Below are positions 28,548 through 38,527 of a stretch of DNA of 64,000 nt, in pieces. The position numbers were made by a program, and so were the translations under genes. This DNA comes from Oligoflexia bacterium (GTDB lineage Bacteria > Bdellovibrionota > UBA1018): assembly GCA_903881565.1 (NCBI GenBank), contig CAIRTR010000299.1:2645-66644 (forward strand). Reading direction: 5' to 3'. Each line of letters opens with the position of its first letter. Positions within the stretch are counted from its first letter, which is position 1. The notes below the pieces were generated by a model that was not told the origin of the DNA, made no database searches, and worked only from the letters and a program-made list of their open reading frames with translations.

Positions 28548-29396
28548 ATGCCACAACATGGGATGGACGCATTGACTTTTTTAGCAGCGCCCTTTGTGAT
28601 GTGCCTCATTTTGGCGGGAATTCATTGCTATCTGGGGCTTCATGTTCTTGCTCGAGGCGTGATCTTTGTCGATTTGTCGTTAGCGCAGGTGGCGGCCTTG
28701 GGCGCGACCGTCGGCGTGCTGTTGGGGTTTGATCATCATGATGGTGCCACTTATCTTATTTCGTTGGCCTTCACGTTTTGTGCGGCCGCCCTGTTTGCGC
28801 TTGCTCGCAGGCACGAGAAGCTTTTCTCGCAAGAAGCGATCATAGGCATCGTGTATGCGCTGGCTTCAGCGGCGGTCGTGTTGGTCGTGGATCGCGTGGC
28901 GCACGGGGCGGAGCACATCAAGGATATCTTGGTGGGGCAAGTCCTGTGGGTGACCTGGGCTGATGTTTTGAAGACGGCTGCGATTTACTCCGTAGTTTCA
29001 ATTGTGCACTTTGTTTTTCGAAAGCAGTTGCTTGCGGCGTCATTTGGAAAACATGTGGGTTCGACGGCCGTTTGGGATTTTCTATTCTATGCTCTTTTTG
29101 GGGTCGTGATCACGTCGTCGGTGAGCTTGGCCGGCGTCCTTCAAGTATTTGCCTATCTCATTGTGCCTGCCGTGGTGGGTACTTTGCTATTTAAGACGAT
29201 TAGGGCTCGGTTGTTTTTTGGCTGGGCGTTGGGGTTTTTCGTGAGCTTTGGCGCGATGTGGCTGAGTTATGTCTGGGATTTGCCTGCAGGAGCCTTTATC
29301 GTGGTTTGTTTCACAGCGCTTCCCGTTTTGCTTTTGCTTGCCTCTTCTCTTTTTCGGATATCGGGCTTGCGGATTGCGGGATTTAAGCGAAAATAG
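28548..29396 (+). CDS. znuB: Metal ABC transporter permease (ZnuB-like)
   Basis: Polytopic membrane protein following znuA with a 3-nt gap. Typical size, 282 aa. Confidence 0.8.
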   Translation: MPQHGMDALTFLAAPFVMCLILAGIHCYLGLHVLARGVIFVDLSLAQVAALGATVGVLLGFDHHDGATYLISLAFTFCAAALFALARRHEKLFSQEAIIGIVYALASAAVVLVVDRVAHGAEHIKDILVGQVLWVTWADVLKTAAIYSVVSIVHFVFRKQLLAASFGKHVGSTAVWDFLFYALFGVVITSSVSLAGVLQVFAYLIVPAVVGTLLFKTIRARLFFGWALGFFVSFGAMWLSYVWDLPAGAFIVVCFTALPVLLLLASSLFRISGLRIAGFKRK

Positions 29397-29400
29397 GGGG

Positions 29401-29970
29401 ATGAAACTCAAACGCTTCGCCTTCTTGGTTTGTGCAATTACTGTCGCATTCACTTCTAGCTCTGCCCGGGCTGAGCCCCTGTCTCTGGGGATAGAACCTT
29501 TAGTCGGTTATGAGCTTGTTCGAAAGCTCTATCCCACCGAGCACAGTTCGAAGCGGATATTTTATGGGGGTAGAATGACGCTTGGGATTTTGCTCATCTC
29601 CCTTGAGGGCGAGTATACGCGGGGGAGCAATTCTGAAACCTATGATGCTCAAGGCATCACGTATAAAGACACTGCAGATCGGGCAAAGCTTGGGCTTCGC
29701 TCAGGGATGCGGTTGAGCACCTTGTTGAAATTATATGCGCGTGCGGGGGGGCAGGCTTCGCGCAACAAGCATGAGGAGATCGCGGGAGCAGATGATTACG
29801 CGATCTGGGAGCCGATCAAAGTGCGGCCTTATGCCGGTGCGGGTTTTCGAGTTGCGCTGAGTTCAAAGTTTGCTTTTACGGCCGATGTTGTGGGCGTCAT
29901 CAATGATTATCACTTGCTGCGAAACAACGAATATCAGACGACAGCAGGCTTTGTCGTGAGGCTCCCCTGA
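29401..29970 (+). CDS. Small outer-membrane beta-barrel protein (OmpW/OmpA-like fold)
   Basis: Signal peptide MKLKRFAFLVCAITVAFTSSSARA. Ends ...AGFVVRLP. The longest ORF (29269) overlaps znuB, so the internal start is preferred. Confidence 0.55.
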   Translation: MKLKRFAFLVCAITVAFTSSSARAEPLSLGIEPLVGYELVRKLYPTEHSSKRIFYGGRMTLGILLISLEGEYTRGSNSETYDAQGITYKDTADRAKLGLRSGMRLSTLLKLYARAGGQASRNKHEEIAGADDYAIWEPIKVRPYAGAGFRVALSSKFAFTADVVGVINDYHLLRNNEYQTTAGFVVRLP

Positions 29971-30770
29971 TGCGGATGCCTGTTTTGTTCTTAGGGCACG
30001 GCAATCCCATGCACGCCGTAACCGAAGATGCGTTCTCAAAAACGTTGGGAGAGCTTGGGGCCCGTTTGCCCGCTCCCAAAGCGATTCTTTGTATTTCGGC
30101 GCATTGGTTGACTCAAGGGACGTTTGTCACGCATGTGGCTCAGCCTAAGACGATTCATGATTTTTTCGGGTTTCCAAAACCGCTTTTTGAAGTGCAGTAC
30201 AAGGCGCCAGGAAGTCCTGAGCTTGCGGAGCGTATTTATTCTCAGATTTCAAAGCCTGGCTTTGAAATCCAATTGGATGAGCAGTGGGGGCTGGATCATG
30301 GAGCGTGGGCAGTTCTCAGGCACCTTTATCCACAGGCTAATGTTCCTGTTGTTCAGCTCAGTATCGATACGGAGCAGTCCTTGAGTTTTCATTATAAATT
30401 GGGGATGGAACTTCGCAAACTTCGTGATGAGGGAGTCCTGATCGTGGGCAGTGGAAACATCGTGCATAATTTACGGCAGATTAAGTGGGAACCTAATCCT
30501 CCCGCGTCTGACTGGGCCGTGAGTTTTGATGAGTGGGTGAAGTCTAGGTTGCTCGCGCGCGATTTTGCAGCCCTTGCGAGTGATGATCTTTGGAACGACG
30601 TGGGAGAGTCTGCTCGCATGAGTGTGCCGAGTTGGGATCATTGGATACCGATTCTGTATGCGCTAGGGGCGTCAGATGAGGGCGATTCGTTGGAATTTGT
30701 GTATGATGCGATTGAAAACGGATCAATCGCGATGCGAAGCCTTGTGCTGGGGGCGGGGGCGAAGGTTTAG
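29970..30770 (+). CDS. ygiD: 4,5-DOPA extradiol dioxygenase-like protein (YgiD family)
   Basis: N-terminus MRMPVLFLGHGNPMHAV... and conserved ...ILCISAHWLTQGT...; 266 aa. Confidence 0.75.
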   Translation: MRMPVLFLGHGNPMHAVTEDAFSKTLGELGARLPAPKAILCISAHWLTQGTFVTHVAQPKTIHDFFGFPKPLFEVQYKAPGSPELAERIYSQISKPGFEIQLDEQWGLDHGAWAVLRHLYPQANVPVVQLSIDTEQSLSFHYKLGMELRKLRDEGVLIVGSGNIVHNLRQIKWEPNPPASDWAVSFDEWVKSRLLARDFAALASDDLWNDVGESARMSVPSWDHWIPILYALGASDEGDSLEFVYDAIENGSIAMRSLVLGAGAKV

Positions 30771-30790
30771 GAAAGAGCTACGATTCGCTC

Positions 30791-30856
30791 GTTAATTAGT
30801 GGAATAGAGTGGAATTCATATTTTTGGATTGATTCCACTCTATTCCACTAATTAAC
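30791..30856. terminator. Perfect 25-bp-stem hairpin (TTAATTAGTGGAATAGAGTGGAAT ... ATTCCACTCTATTCCACTAATTAA, 16-nt loop) between convergent genes
   Basis: Seen directly: 30792-30815 is the exact reverse complement of 30832-30855, with an extra flanking G/C pair. It lies between the stops of the + strand dioxygenase gene and the - strand 30874 gene. Confidence 0.55.
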
Positions 30857-30873
30857 TACTGTAAATCGACTGT

Positions 30874-31518
30874 CTACGCCTTCTTCACGTTGACTGCGTT
30901 CAAACCTTTTTTGCCTTCTTGAATCTCAAATTGGAGAATGAGGATGACTCGAATCCCTTTCATCTGGGCTTCGTCTGCCATTTTTTGAAGTTCAGCAGGA
31001 AGGGTCAGAAACATATGGGTTCCGAGGTCCTTGGGGTCGAGGGCAGGGAACGCAAGGCCTTTGCTTTCGTTAAAGAATTTAACGGTGCCTGTTTTCATGC
31101 GCTTGAGTTCCGAAGAATTCTTGGCAGAGGCATCAGCAAGGACTAAAGCCGAGAGGGGAACCACTTCATTGATTCCATCCATGTGGGGTGCGGCGCCCTT
31201 GGCTTTTTCGCTGAGAATTTCGAATATCGATTCGCTCGAGACGGCTCCTGCAAGGACGCCTCCCGCAAACGGGATAGAGCCTATAGCCGCAGAGACGGCT
31301 GTTTTTCCTAGGTTGATCGGAGTTTCTACGAGTTTGAAGTAAGCCGTCGTTACGCCGGCTTCGTCGCGCATATCCAAGGAGTAGGAATAAGTCCCAGGGT
31401 CAAGACTCAGGTGGACTTGGGCGATGTTGTCGTTGATTTGTTTCTTGTCTGCGGCTTGTGCAGAGACTGAAAGGGCGAGGGCGAAAAATGTGATAAAGAC
31501 GGTGAGTTTTTTGCTCAT
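30874..31518 (-). CDS. Secreted hypothetical protein
   Basis: Signal peptide MSKKLTVFITFFALALSVSAQA. Confidence 0.5.
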   Translation of the reverse strand: MSKKLTVFITFFALALSVSAQAADKKQINDNIAQVHLSLDPGTYSYSLDMRDEAGVTTAYFKLVETPINLGKTAVSAAIGSIPFAGGVLAGAVSSESIFEILSEKAKGAAPHMDGINEVVPLSALVLADASAKNSSELKRMKTGTVKFFNESKGLAFPALDPKDLGTHMFLTLPAELQKMADEAQMKGIRVILILQFEIQEGKKGLNAVNVKKA

Positions 31519-31696
31519 AAATAGGGTTCCTTCTCTCTTGGGGCATCATTTAGCAATCGATGCGCCAAAAGCCGATGGGCAAAAACTCAACAAATTCGAT
31601 AAGCTGAAATCGTTGAACTGTCTAAGAATTAGACGACTGTGTTAGGATTACTTACGCATTTCCAGAAGTGAAATGGCATTTTCAATTCAAGAAGGC

Positions 31697-31852
31697 TTTT
31701 ACAAAATCAGCCTCCGTAATGATCCCCACAAGTTTTTCGGCCGCAACTCGCGCGGAGGAGTCGGGTGAGATGGTTAGCATTTTTCGTCCCATTACCTGAT
31801 GGATGGCTCGTTTCTCAAAAACCTCTTTGAGAGTTTTCATTTCAGGTTACCA
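31697..31852 (-). CDS. Possible small ORF (51 aa) resembling a single CBS-domain fragment
   Basis: Hand translation: MKTLKEVFEKRAIHQVMGRKMLTISPDSSARVAAEKLVGIITEADFVKAFLN. Below the 60-aa ORF-track cut-off. Speculative. Confidence 0.2.
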
Positions 31853-32009
31853 TTCGCAAAGATTGCGCCAGTCGGAGGGCTTGCTCTCGCCTGGAAATCA
31901 GCGCAAGGTCATGACGCTTCTTTTGCAGGCGCTGGAGTTTGTTTCCGTGAATCAAAAAGAAGAAGCAGATAATGCTCTTGATCGACTCAAGAACCTCTGT
32001 GACTAGCCG

Positions 32010-33347
32010 CTAGCTCAGAGTCCGCGTTGCGATATTCGATTCTGTGCCGCCACGCCCTGATTCGCCTCCTTCTCGTCCTTCCCTTCCTTGCGTGTCCTGA
32101 AACTTCTTAAGCGGAATATTCTCCGGGAACTGTGGGCGATCCGGCACGGCGCGCGCTACCTCTTCTTTTTGTGCTTTTTCTCTGAACGCGTAAGTGTTTT
32201 TCTTAGGCACGGTCACGACGAGCGTGTCGCCTTGAAACTCGCGAGCGAGCTTCTTGCCATCCACGGGCCAGGGCAGGGGGAAACTTTCGCTATAGGATTG
32301 GAAGGACTGTGAGCTTTGGGTGTGTCCGGGAGCGAGATCGAGCTTCTCCTGAGCTCTTCGAGTGCCCGAAAGAACGAGATTGTCTCCCCGAACGGATAGG
32401 TTTACATTCTTCTGCTCGTGCTCGGGAATCGTTGCTCTGAGGACAAAGTTGTCGCCTTCTTCAGTAAGTTTTGCATCCAAGCGCAGGAGCTTGTAAAAGG
32501 GGTCTTCTTGTCTGGAAGCGTAGGCCGAAAGTTTGGCCGAAGTGTCCAAGCGTGTTTCTTTGATTTTTCGAGCGGCTTGGGACTCTAAGCGAGCAAGGTC
32601 GGTGCGCTCGTTATCGGTGAGTTCTTTTGATCGTTGCTCGAAATGCTCGCGCGCTTGCTCTGTTGCGGCATGGGCGTTGGTGGTGATACGCTCAAATTCC
32701 TTGTCAGCCTCTTCGGTGGCTTGGCCGATATTGAGGGTGGTCGTGTTTCTCATCGCGTCCGTTTGGGCGCTATGCTTTTGTTGCAGATCTTCTAAAAGCA
32801 TTTGTTGCTCTTTTTGGGCGCTGTCTCGTTGCATTCCGTTTTGGGTTAAAATCGTATCGAGCTGTTCGCGTCCCTTTGTTTCGGTCCCGTAAATCGTGTC
32901 GGTATAGTAGTTTTTGGTGTCCGCAAGCGTGCGCTCTCCTTCGCGCTTGACGCGATTAAGTTCCGCTTGCTGTTGGCGCTGCAATTCTCGGATACGGGCA
33001 TAGCCACTTTCGCGCTGAGACTCGAGAGAAGTGTCCTGCCGTTCGGCTTCATTCTCTTTCATTTTTGAGTAACTATCTTTGATCTGATCTAAAGTCGTGG
33101 ATTCTTCTTGCTGGGTTTGCTGCACTTGCTTGTGCGCAGCCAGGATGCGGTTTCGCGCTTCTTTTTCTGCCGCTCCGGCCGATTGTTGGTTCGGATCTTC
33201 GCCTTCACGGGCTTGAGACCGAGTCTGCTGAGTGAGCGCTGATCGCGTAGCGGGGGTCGGTGTAATCGACGACATAATCCCTTCCTTGGGAAATAACCAG
33301 GGGGGTCCCCGGTCGTGCAGCCCTGCTATAAGGATAACCGAAGCCAA
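32010..33347 (-). CDS. Long coiled-coil (Gln/Glu/Arg-rich) protein with a C-terminal Hsp20/alpha-crystallin-like domain
   Basis: About 300 aa of Q/E/R/K-rich heptad-like sequence, then ...FVLRATIPEHEQKNVNLSVRGDNLVLSGTR...FQSYSESFPLPWPVDGKKLAREFQGDTLVVTVPKK, resembling the sHSP ACD beta-sandwich. The internal Met at 33275 is an alternative start. Confidence 0.5.
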   Translation of the reverse strand: MASVILIAGLHDRGPPWLFPKEGIMSSITPTPATRSALTQQTRSQAREGEDPNQQSAGAAEKEARNRILAAHKQVQQTQQEESTTLDQIKDSYSKMKENEAERQDTSLESQRESGYARIRELQRQQQAELNRVKREGERTLADTKNYYTDTIYGTETKGREQLDTILTQNGMQRDSAQKEQQMLLEDLQQKHSAQTDAMRNTTTLNIGQATEEADKEFERITTNAHAATEQAREHFEQRSKELTDNERTDLARLESQAARKIKETRLDTSAKLSAYASRQEDPFYKLLRLDAKLTEEGDNFVLRATIPEHEQKNVNLSVRGDNLVLSGTRRAQEKLDLAPGHTQSSQSFQSYSESFPLPWPVDGKKLAREFQGDTLVVTVPKKNTYAFREKAQKEEVARAVPDRPQFPENIPLKKFQDTQGREGREGGESGRGGTESNIATRTLS

Positions 33348-33439
33348 TAGGGCCTTGCAAGCTGCGGCATGAAAAAAGATGTCGATTTTAATGCACTGCA
33401 GATTTGACTCCTCGCGGAACCTCTGCCTACAATTAACTT

Positions 33440-34543
33440 ATGAGTAGGACCCCGACACGGAAGTCAGTGGAGCGCCGAAAGAAACCAAGAACCAAGAAAT
33501 CTTCGGCTCGTGAAGTTGCTAAACCCTCTCGTCTTAAGTCCCAGGAGTCTCATGCTCCTCAGGAGCTTTCTGCTGTAGACGGATGCAGAAGCTGTGGCAA
33601 GGATTTGAGAGGTTCTGAACGAGCATTGTTTGTCGAAGAGGATGTGGGCCGGGTTTTTTGTTCGGAAACCTGTATCTCGGCACATTTTACCCCCGAGATC
33701 GAGCGTCTTGAAAAAGACTATCTTAGGCGAGTCTCGTCGAGTGATTTGACGGCCGAAGAGCGCGAAAAGTACGCGCATCTGCGTTGGATCACCCTTCAAG
33801 AAGCCGATGAAGTGTGGCGCGAGAAGACGCTCACGGGCGATCATCGCTATACTCTGATTTCGGAGTATTCGCCCGGCACCGAGAAAATCTGGTCCATCTG
33901 CATTTGTCTGTTTTTGCGTGATGAGCCCAGTTTCTTGTATCTGGCGTTTCCTACCCGAAGCACCGCCTTGATGAATGCCTATCGAAAAGGGGAGCGCGTC
34001 CGTTGGGAAAAACCCGAGTCGTCGAAAGCGGCCAAACGGGGAGCAGCCAAAAAAAGCGCCAAGCAGCAGGAGTCCGCCCCTGTCGGCCCTGAGGAGGACT
34101 TCGAAAGGACCGACCGCCTGGGTGAGCCTTGGACCGATGATGAAACGTTTCTCGCGCAGATGAATCAAGACCGCTCGCAGCGCTCGGATGACGATATCCA
34201 ACCTGAGGAGTTCAGCCTCTATGAAGGCTTTGTGGATGAGACGCTTGAAAATCCCGATGAGGTTTGGGTTTTGGAAACGTTAGCCGAGGGTGAGGCCGCG
34301 AATGCTGAAGCGGCAAATGCCGAGGTGGGGCCGCCTCGAGTTTTTCATTTTATAAAACAATTTGAAAAAGAGAACCCGCCGATTTGGTACGTCATCGTCG
34401 CGCGCGATACGGATGAAGAAGAGCAAATCGAGATTCTCGATGCGTTTCCCACCCGTGATCCTGAAGTCATCGAACGATATCGGCGAGGCGAGCAGCAAGT
34501 CGGCGGAGCGCTGACTCGAACGAACGTTCGAACGGTGCACTAG
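33440..34543 (+). CDS. Hypothetical protein with a basic N-terminus, a zinc-ribbon (CRSCGK...CSETC) and an acidic C-terminus
   Basis: ORF with a CxxC...CxxC motif. Divergent from the coiled-coil/Hsp20-like gene. Confidence 0.45.
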   Translation: MSRTPTRKSVERRKKPRTKKSSAREVAKPSRLKSQESHAPQELSAVDGCRSCGKDLRGSERALFVEEDVGRVFCSETCISAHFTPEIERLEKDYLRRVSSSDLTAEEREKYAHLRWITLQEADEVWREKTLTGDHRYTLISEYSPGTEKIWSICICLFLRDEPSFLYLAFPTRSTALMNAYRKGERVRWEKPESSKAAKRGAAKKSAKQQESAPVGPEEDFERTDRLGEPWTDDETFLAQMNQDRSQRSDDDIQPEEFSLYEGFVDETLENPDEVWVLETLAEGEAANAEAANAEVGPPRVFHFIKQFEKENPPIWYVIVARDTDEEEQIEILDAFPTRDPEVIERYRRGEQQVGGALTRTNVRTVH

Positions 34544-34558
34544 CGTTCGTTAGAGTTA

Positions 34559-35149
34559 TTATCTGAATTGACCGAATGAAAAAGCGGGGCAGAGGTATTC
34601 ATTGCCCGACAGCAGGCATTGCTGCATTTGTTGCTGGTTTGCATAGTCCACGACAAAAACCGCGTTGTATTGGATTCCTTTAAATTCGACAAAAGCGCCT
34701 GAAGCAGCAAGATCGGTGCATTGATTAAACAGGCCGCCGGTTTGCGTATTGGCTTTGGTGAGAATATTTTGGGCGTCGATGACTTCAATAGGAAAAACAC
34801 AGATTTTTCTTGCGATAAAAGGCGAGAGATCCAACATGATCTTCGATTCATCCGTGCGATGGCGACACACCGTATAGTCATGGGTGCGTTCAATGTCGGC
34901 ATCGTAGGTCGGCGTGACGTTTACTTGTGAGGGACACGTGTAATCTGGATTCTGGTTTGCAGCTAGGCTCAGATCCACACTGGATTGGGTTGAGTTTGAA
35001 CTCGTGGACGTAGCAGGCGCGCGTACTGTTTTCCCAGCGGAGAGTCCCATGATTCGGGGCTGCGTTCCACACCCACTTGAGAGGGTAATGAAAATGACGG
35101 CTGATCCGCTCATAACTAGAAAAGTTGAAATACGTCGAATGGAGTTCAT
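34559..35149 (-). CDS. Putative lipoprotein
   Basis: MNSIRRISTFLVMSGSAVIFITLSSGCGTQP: signal peptide with a lipobox-like LSSGC. Confidence 0.5.
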   Translation of the reverse strand: MNSIRRISTFLVMSGSAVIFITLSSGCGTQPRIMGLSAGKTVRAPATSTSSNSTQSSVDLSLAANQNPDYTCPSQVNVTPTYDADIERTHDYTVCRHRTDESKIMLDLSPFIARKICVFPIEVIDAQNILTKANTQTGGLFNQCTDLAASGAFVEFKGIQYNAVFVVDYANQQQMQQCLLSGNEYLCPAFSFGQFR

Positions 35150-35473
35150 ACTCGTAGTTAAAGCAAGGGGTGTGCCGGAGCGGGGTGGGGTGGTTTTACG
35201 GGGTTTTTACGGGTTTGTCGATTGAGGATGGGCGGGAGGTGTCTAAGCTTTTGACAGTTGAGTGGTGCCGTGACCCCGCCGGCGTTGCGGTAGCACGCTC
35301 TCCCGTAAGCCCACGGTGAGGGACTAGTTTGTACAGTAAAAAAGTTTATTTTAAGACCCTAATAAAACCAAGCGTGTAAAAAAATATTTTTTAAAAATAT
35401 CTCTTTGACCATACTTAATTCACATGCCAAAATTTCTTATGGCATCCATCCATCCAGCTGACCTGGCTTTAAA

Positions 35474-37596
35474 ATGCGCAACGAAGTAAGCGCAAAACAT
35501 ATCCACGACGGCATTAAAGAGCTTCTACCCACAATCCTGTACGCGGGTATTGCCAGTGTTCTAGGGCTTGCTCTTTTTCTGATCTTGCACCGTTTTGCCA
35601 GTGAGCCCTTTTCTCATCGAACCTTTATGTCCGGGCATTTGATTTTTATCGCGGCCTTCTTCGGGGTGCTGACCTATGGTTTTCAAAAACTGCGAAAATC
35701 ACAAACGTTTAGCAACATCGTGCTCCGGACGCTGCCCTTTCCGATGGATATTGTGGACTCACAAGGGACGATTCTATTCGCCAACAAGCACATGCTGGAT
35801 ATATTTGGCAGAGATATTCGTGGCGAGCGTTGCTGGGAAATCTACATGGATGATTGCCAGCAAAGTGAGATGTGCCCCCTTCGTGAGTCTATGGTGTTGG
35901 GTCAGACTAAATCCATTGAGGTGAGTGGGGCGCTGGGGGGGCAGGTTTTTGATGTTTGGCATACCTGGATTCAGTACGAAGGAAAGCCCGCGATTCTTGA
36001 AGTCTTTCAGAACATCACCGAGCGAAAACGAAGAGAAGTAGCTTTAATTGGAAGCGAGAAAAGGCATCGCACGCTGTTTGCCAGCTCACAAGATGCACTG
36101 ATGACTCTCGCGCCCCCTTCGTGGGCTTTTATCCAGGGCAACGCCCAAGCAATCAGACTGTTTGGCGCAAAGGATGAGGTGGATTTTGTTTCTCGCGCTC
36201 CCTGGGAATTCTCTCCTGAGTGCCAACCCAACGGCGTGCAATCCTCCAGCATGGCCAAGGAGATGATCGAAGTCGCAATGCGCTACGGTACCCACTCCTT
36301 TGAGTGGCTGCATAGAACCTTGAGTGGCAGAGAGTTTTTTGCCGCAGTCACGCTGACACGATTGCAAGTGGATGAGCAGCATTTCTTGCAAGCTACAGTG
36401 CGCGATCTTACCGCCATCAAGAATGTTGAGCGCGAAAAGGCAGCGACCCAGGCCCAACTGCTTCACGCCTCGAAGCTGGCATCTTTAGGTTCGCTTGCCG
36501 CAGGAGTGGGCCATGAGATTAATAATCCGTTGGCCATCATTCTTACGAATTGCGATGTGATCTCGAGGTTGGTGAAAAACCTCGGCGGAAACGAAGAGAT
36601 TGCCTCGTGCTTGGAGGATCAGCGCAAGGCCGTTAAGCGAGGTGCCGCGATCGTCAAGGGGTTGCGCAGTTTTGCTCGCGTAGATACCAGCGAGAATAAA
36701 ATGATCGATATTCACAAAACGATCAAAGGCCCCCTTTCGTTTTTTGGCCCCCTTTACCTTAAAGATGGGATTGCCATTGAAGAGCGCCTCAACTCAAGAC
36801 AACCGTTTTTTGTTGGAAACGAAGGGAAACTCCAGCAAGTGATCATCAATCTTCTGTCAAACGCGAAGGACGCCTGCGAAGGTAAAGACGGTGGGATCAT
36901 TACGGTGGAGACGGCGGATGAGGTTGCGGCCGAGGGGGCTCGGGTGGTCCTTCGGATTTCGGATAGTGGGTCGGGGATTTCGCAAGAGCACCTCACTAAG
37001 ATATTCGAGCCGTTCTTTACCACCAAGCCCGTCGGCAAAGGCACGGGCATAGGGCTTCCGATCTCCTATTCGATTATCCAGTCTTTCGGCGGCACGATGA
37101 GCGTGGAAAGTGAGCAAGGCAAGGGGACATCCTTCAGGATTGCGGTTCCGTTATCCACCGCCACCTCTGGGGACACCGGGGGGCTTGATAAAACTGACAA
37201 TGCGAGCCGAGAACAAGAGCGAGTCCGAGAAGAAGCAAAAGACGCACGAAAATTTTCGGGTCACGCTCTGATCGTTGATGATGAAGAGACGCTTCGTGAA
37301 GTTTATAAGAAGATGCTGACGTATCTTGGCGTCGCAGTGACTACGGCACCAGACGGGGTTACCGCCCTTGAGATTTTGAAAACGAAAACTTTTGATTGCG
37401 TCTTTGTCGACAACAAGATGCCAGGAATGAGTGGACTTGCGCTCATCTTGCCGGGACTCGGTTTGTGGTCATGTCGGGTGATCTTGATATTGACGCTGTC
37501 CCGCAGCAGCTTGGTATGAACGCAAAAATATACGGCTACCTCAAAAAGCCTTTTGCGACAGAGGAGCTTGTCGCATTTTTAAGGCAGGTACCCTAG
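35474..37596 (+). CDS. Hybrid sensor histidine kinase (TM + PAS + HisKA + HATPase) with a C-terminal receiver domain interrupted by a -1 frameshift
   Basis: H-box AAGVGHEINNPLAII; HATPase G-boxes (DSGSGIS, GTGIGL). REC domain starts ALIVDDEETLRE...DNKMPGMSGLAL in frame 1 (ORF ends 37519) and continues AGTRFVVMSGDLDID...YLKKPF in the +2 frame (ORF 37396..37596). The junction is near 37445-37455 (TTGCCGGG). Confidence 0.75.
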
Positions 37597-37646
37597 AATA
37601 GAAAAGGATTAGCCTAGTTTGCTCCCATAAACTTTTTGAAGAGTTT

Positions 37647-37715
37647 ATGAACGCCAGAAACACGGCCCATCTTGCAATCTTCGTTCAATGCCACAACACG
37701 ATTCTCAGGGTTTTC
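37647..37715 (+). mobile_element. Remnant of an IS1-family transposase C-terminus (about 23 codons)
   Basis: NARNTAHLAIFVQCHNTILRV aligns with the C-terminus of the intact IS1 transposase at 4832 (RADRLAAHLSIFVQYHNTVL), at about 70% nucleotide identity. No flanking inverted repeat was recovered. Confidence 0.4.
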
Positions 37716-37831
37716 ACGGGCGAAAGAGGCCCCTCAGGGCTGACGCCACACCTCGGTAAACACGCGGCGGGTGGCGGGTGGCTTCAGTTTAGCCTTGCAA
37801 TGACATTGCCCGTGACTTATATGCCTCTCAG

Positions 37832-38527
37832 ATGTCCGCTGACCACCCAAAAAAGAAAATCTCCAAGCCCAAAGCGCCCAGAGCTCCAAGAGCGTCAAAA
37901 GCTTCAAGACCCACCCAGCTCTTATTGCCGCTTGCAGGCCTCAAGACCGGAAAAGCTGCCCAAGAACATGGCGGAGAAACGTACGCCAAATCGGGCCGTC
38001 GTAAAACCGCGCGCCCTTTTGATCCCCGAAAACCCCTGCACATCACGATGCGCTCGTCACTGGCGGTTGCAGAGCGCTCTATGCTTCACCCTAAACGTGC
38101 GCGCATCATTAAAAACATTGTCTATAATGCCGGCAAACGACAGGGCATCGAGATAAAGAAATATGTGTGCGTGGGAAACCATTTGCATATCCTGCTTCAG
38201 ACTAAAGCTCGGCGTATGATCCACGCCCGACCGGCACTCCGAGCCTTCTTGCGAGAGGTGGGCGGGCTCGTCGCACGCGTCGTGACCGGCGCAGAGAAGG
38301 GGCGACCCCTGAACCTAGCAAGACAGACGGCCACACAGCAGACTCAAGAAAAAGAAAACCTGCGATTCTGGGATCATCTCGCCTGGTCACGCATTGTGAG
38401 CTGGGGAAAAGATTTGCTCGGAGTCGGCAAGTATTTTCTAAAAAACGAATACGACGCTATACATATTCTCACCCTGAACTGCTGGCCAGACGTAGGATTG
38501 CAGGACACCCGAGCCTCACCGGGCTAA
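37832..38527 (+). CDS. IS200-like/REP-associated (Y1 HUH) transposase-family protein
   Basis: HUH-family features: ...KPLHITMRSS... (Y1 transposase N-terminal strand), GIEIKKYVCVGNHLHILLQTK (HxH motif), ...NLRFWDHLAWSRIV...KYFLKNEY (C-terminal block with the catalytic Tyr region). A long basic N-terminal extension. Confidence 0.5.
   Translation: MSADHPKKKISKPKAPRAPRASKASRPTQLLLPLAGLKTGKAAQEHGGETYAKSGRRKTARPFDPRKPLHITMRSSLAVAERSMLHPKRARIIKNIVYNAGKRQGIEIKKYVCVGNHLHILLQTKARRMIHARPALRAFLREVGGLVARVVTGAEKGRPLNLARQTATQQTQEKENLRFWDHLAWSRIVSWGKDLLGVGKYFLKNEYDAIHILTLNCWPDVGLQDTRASPG

Noticed and set aside
31803-32006. 67-aa plus-strand ORF 31803..32006
   Set aside because: No motifs. It overlaps the region of a more plausible minus-strand small CBS-like ORF. 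Likely spurious.
37647-38156. 169-aa ORF 37647..38156 as a real gene
   Set aside because: Only its first 23 or so codons resemble an IS1 transposase tail. The rest is Pro/Arg-rich read-through and overlaps the better-supported HUH transposase-like ORF in another frame.
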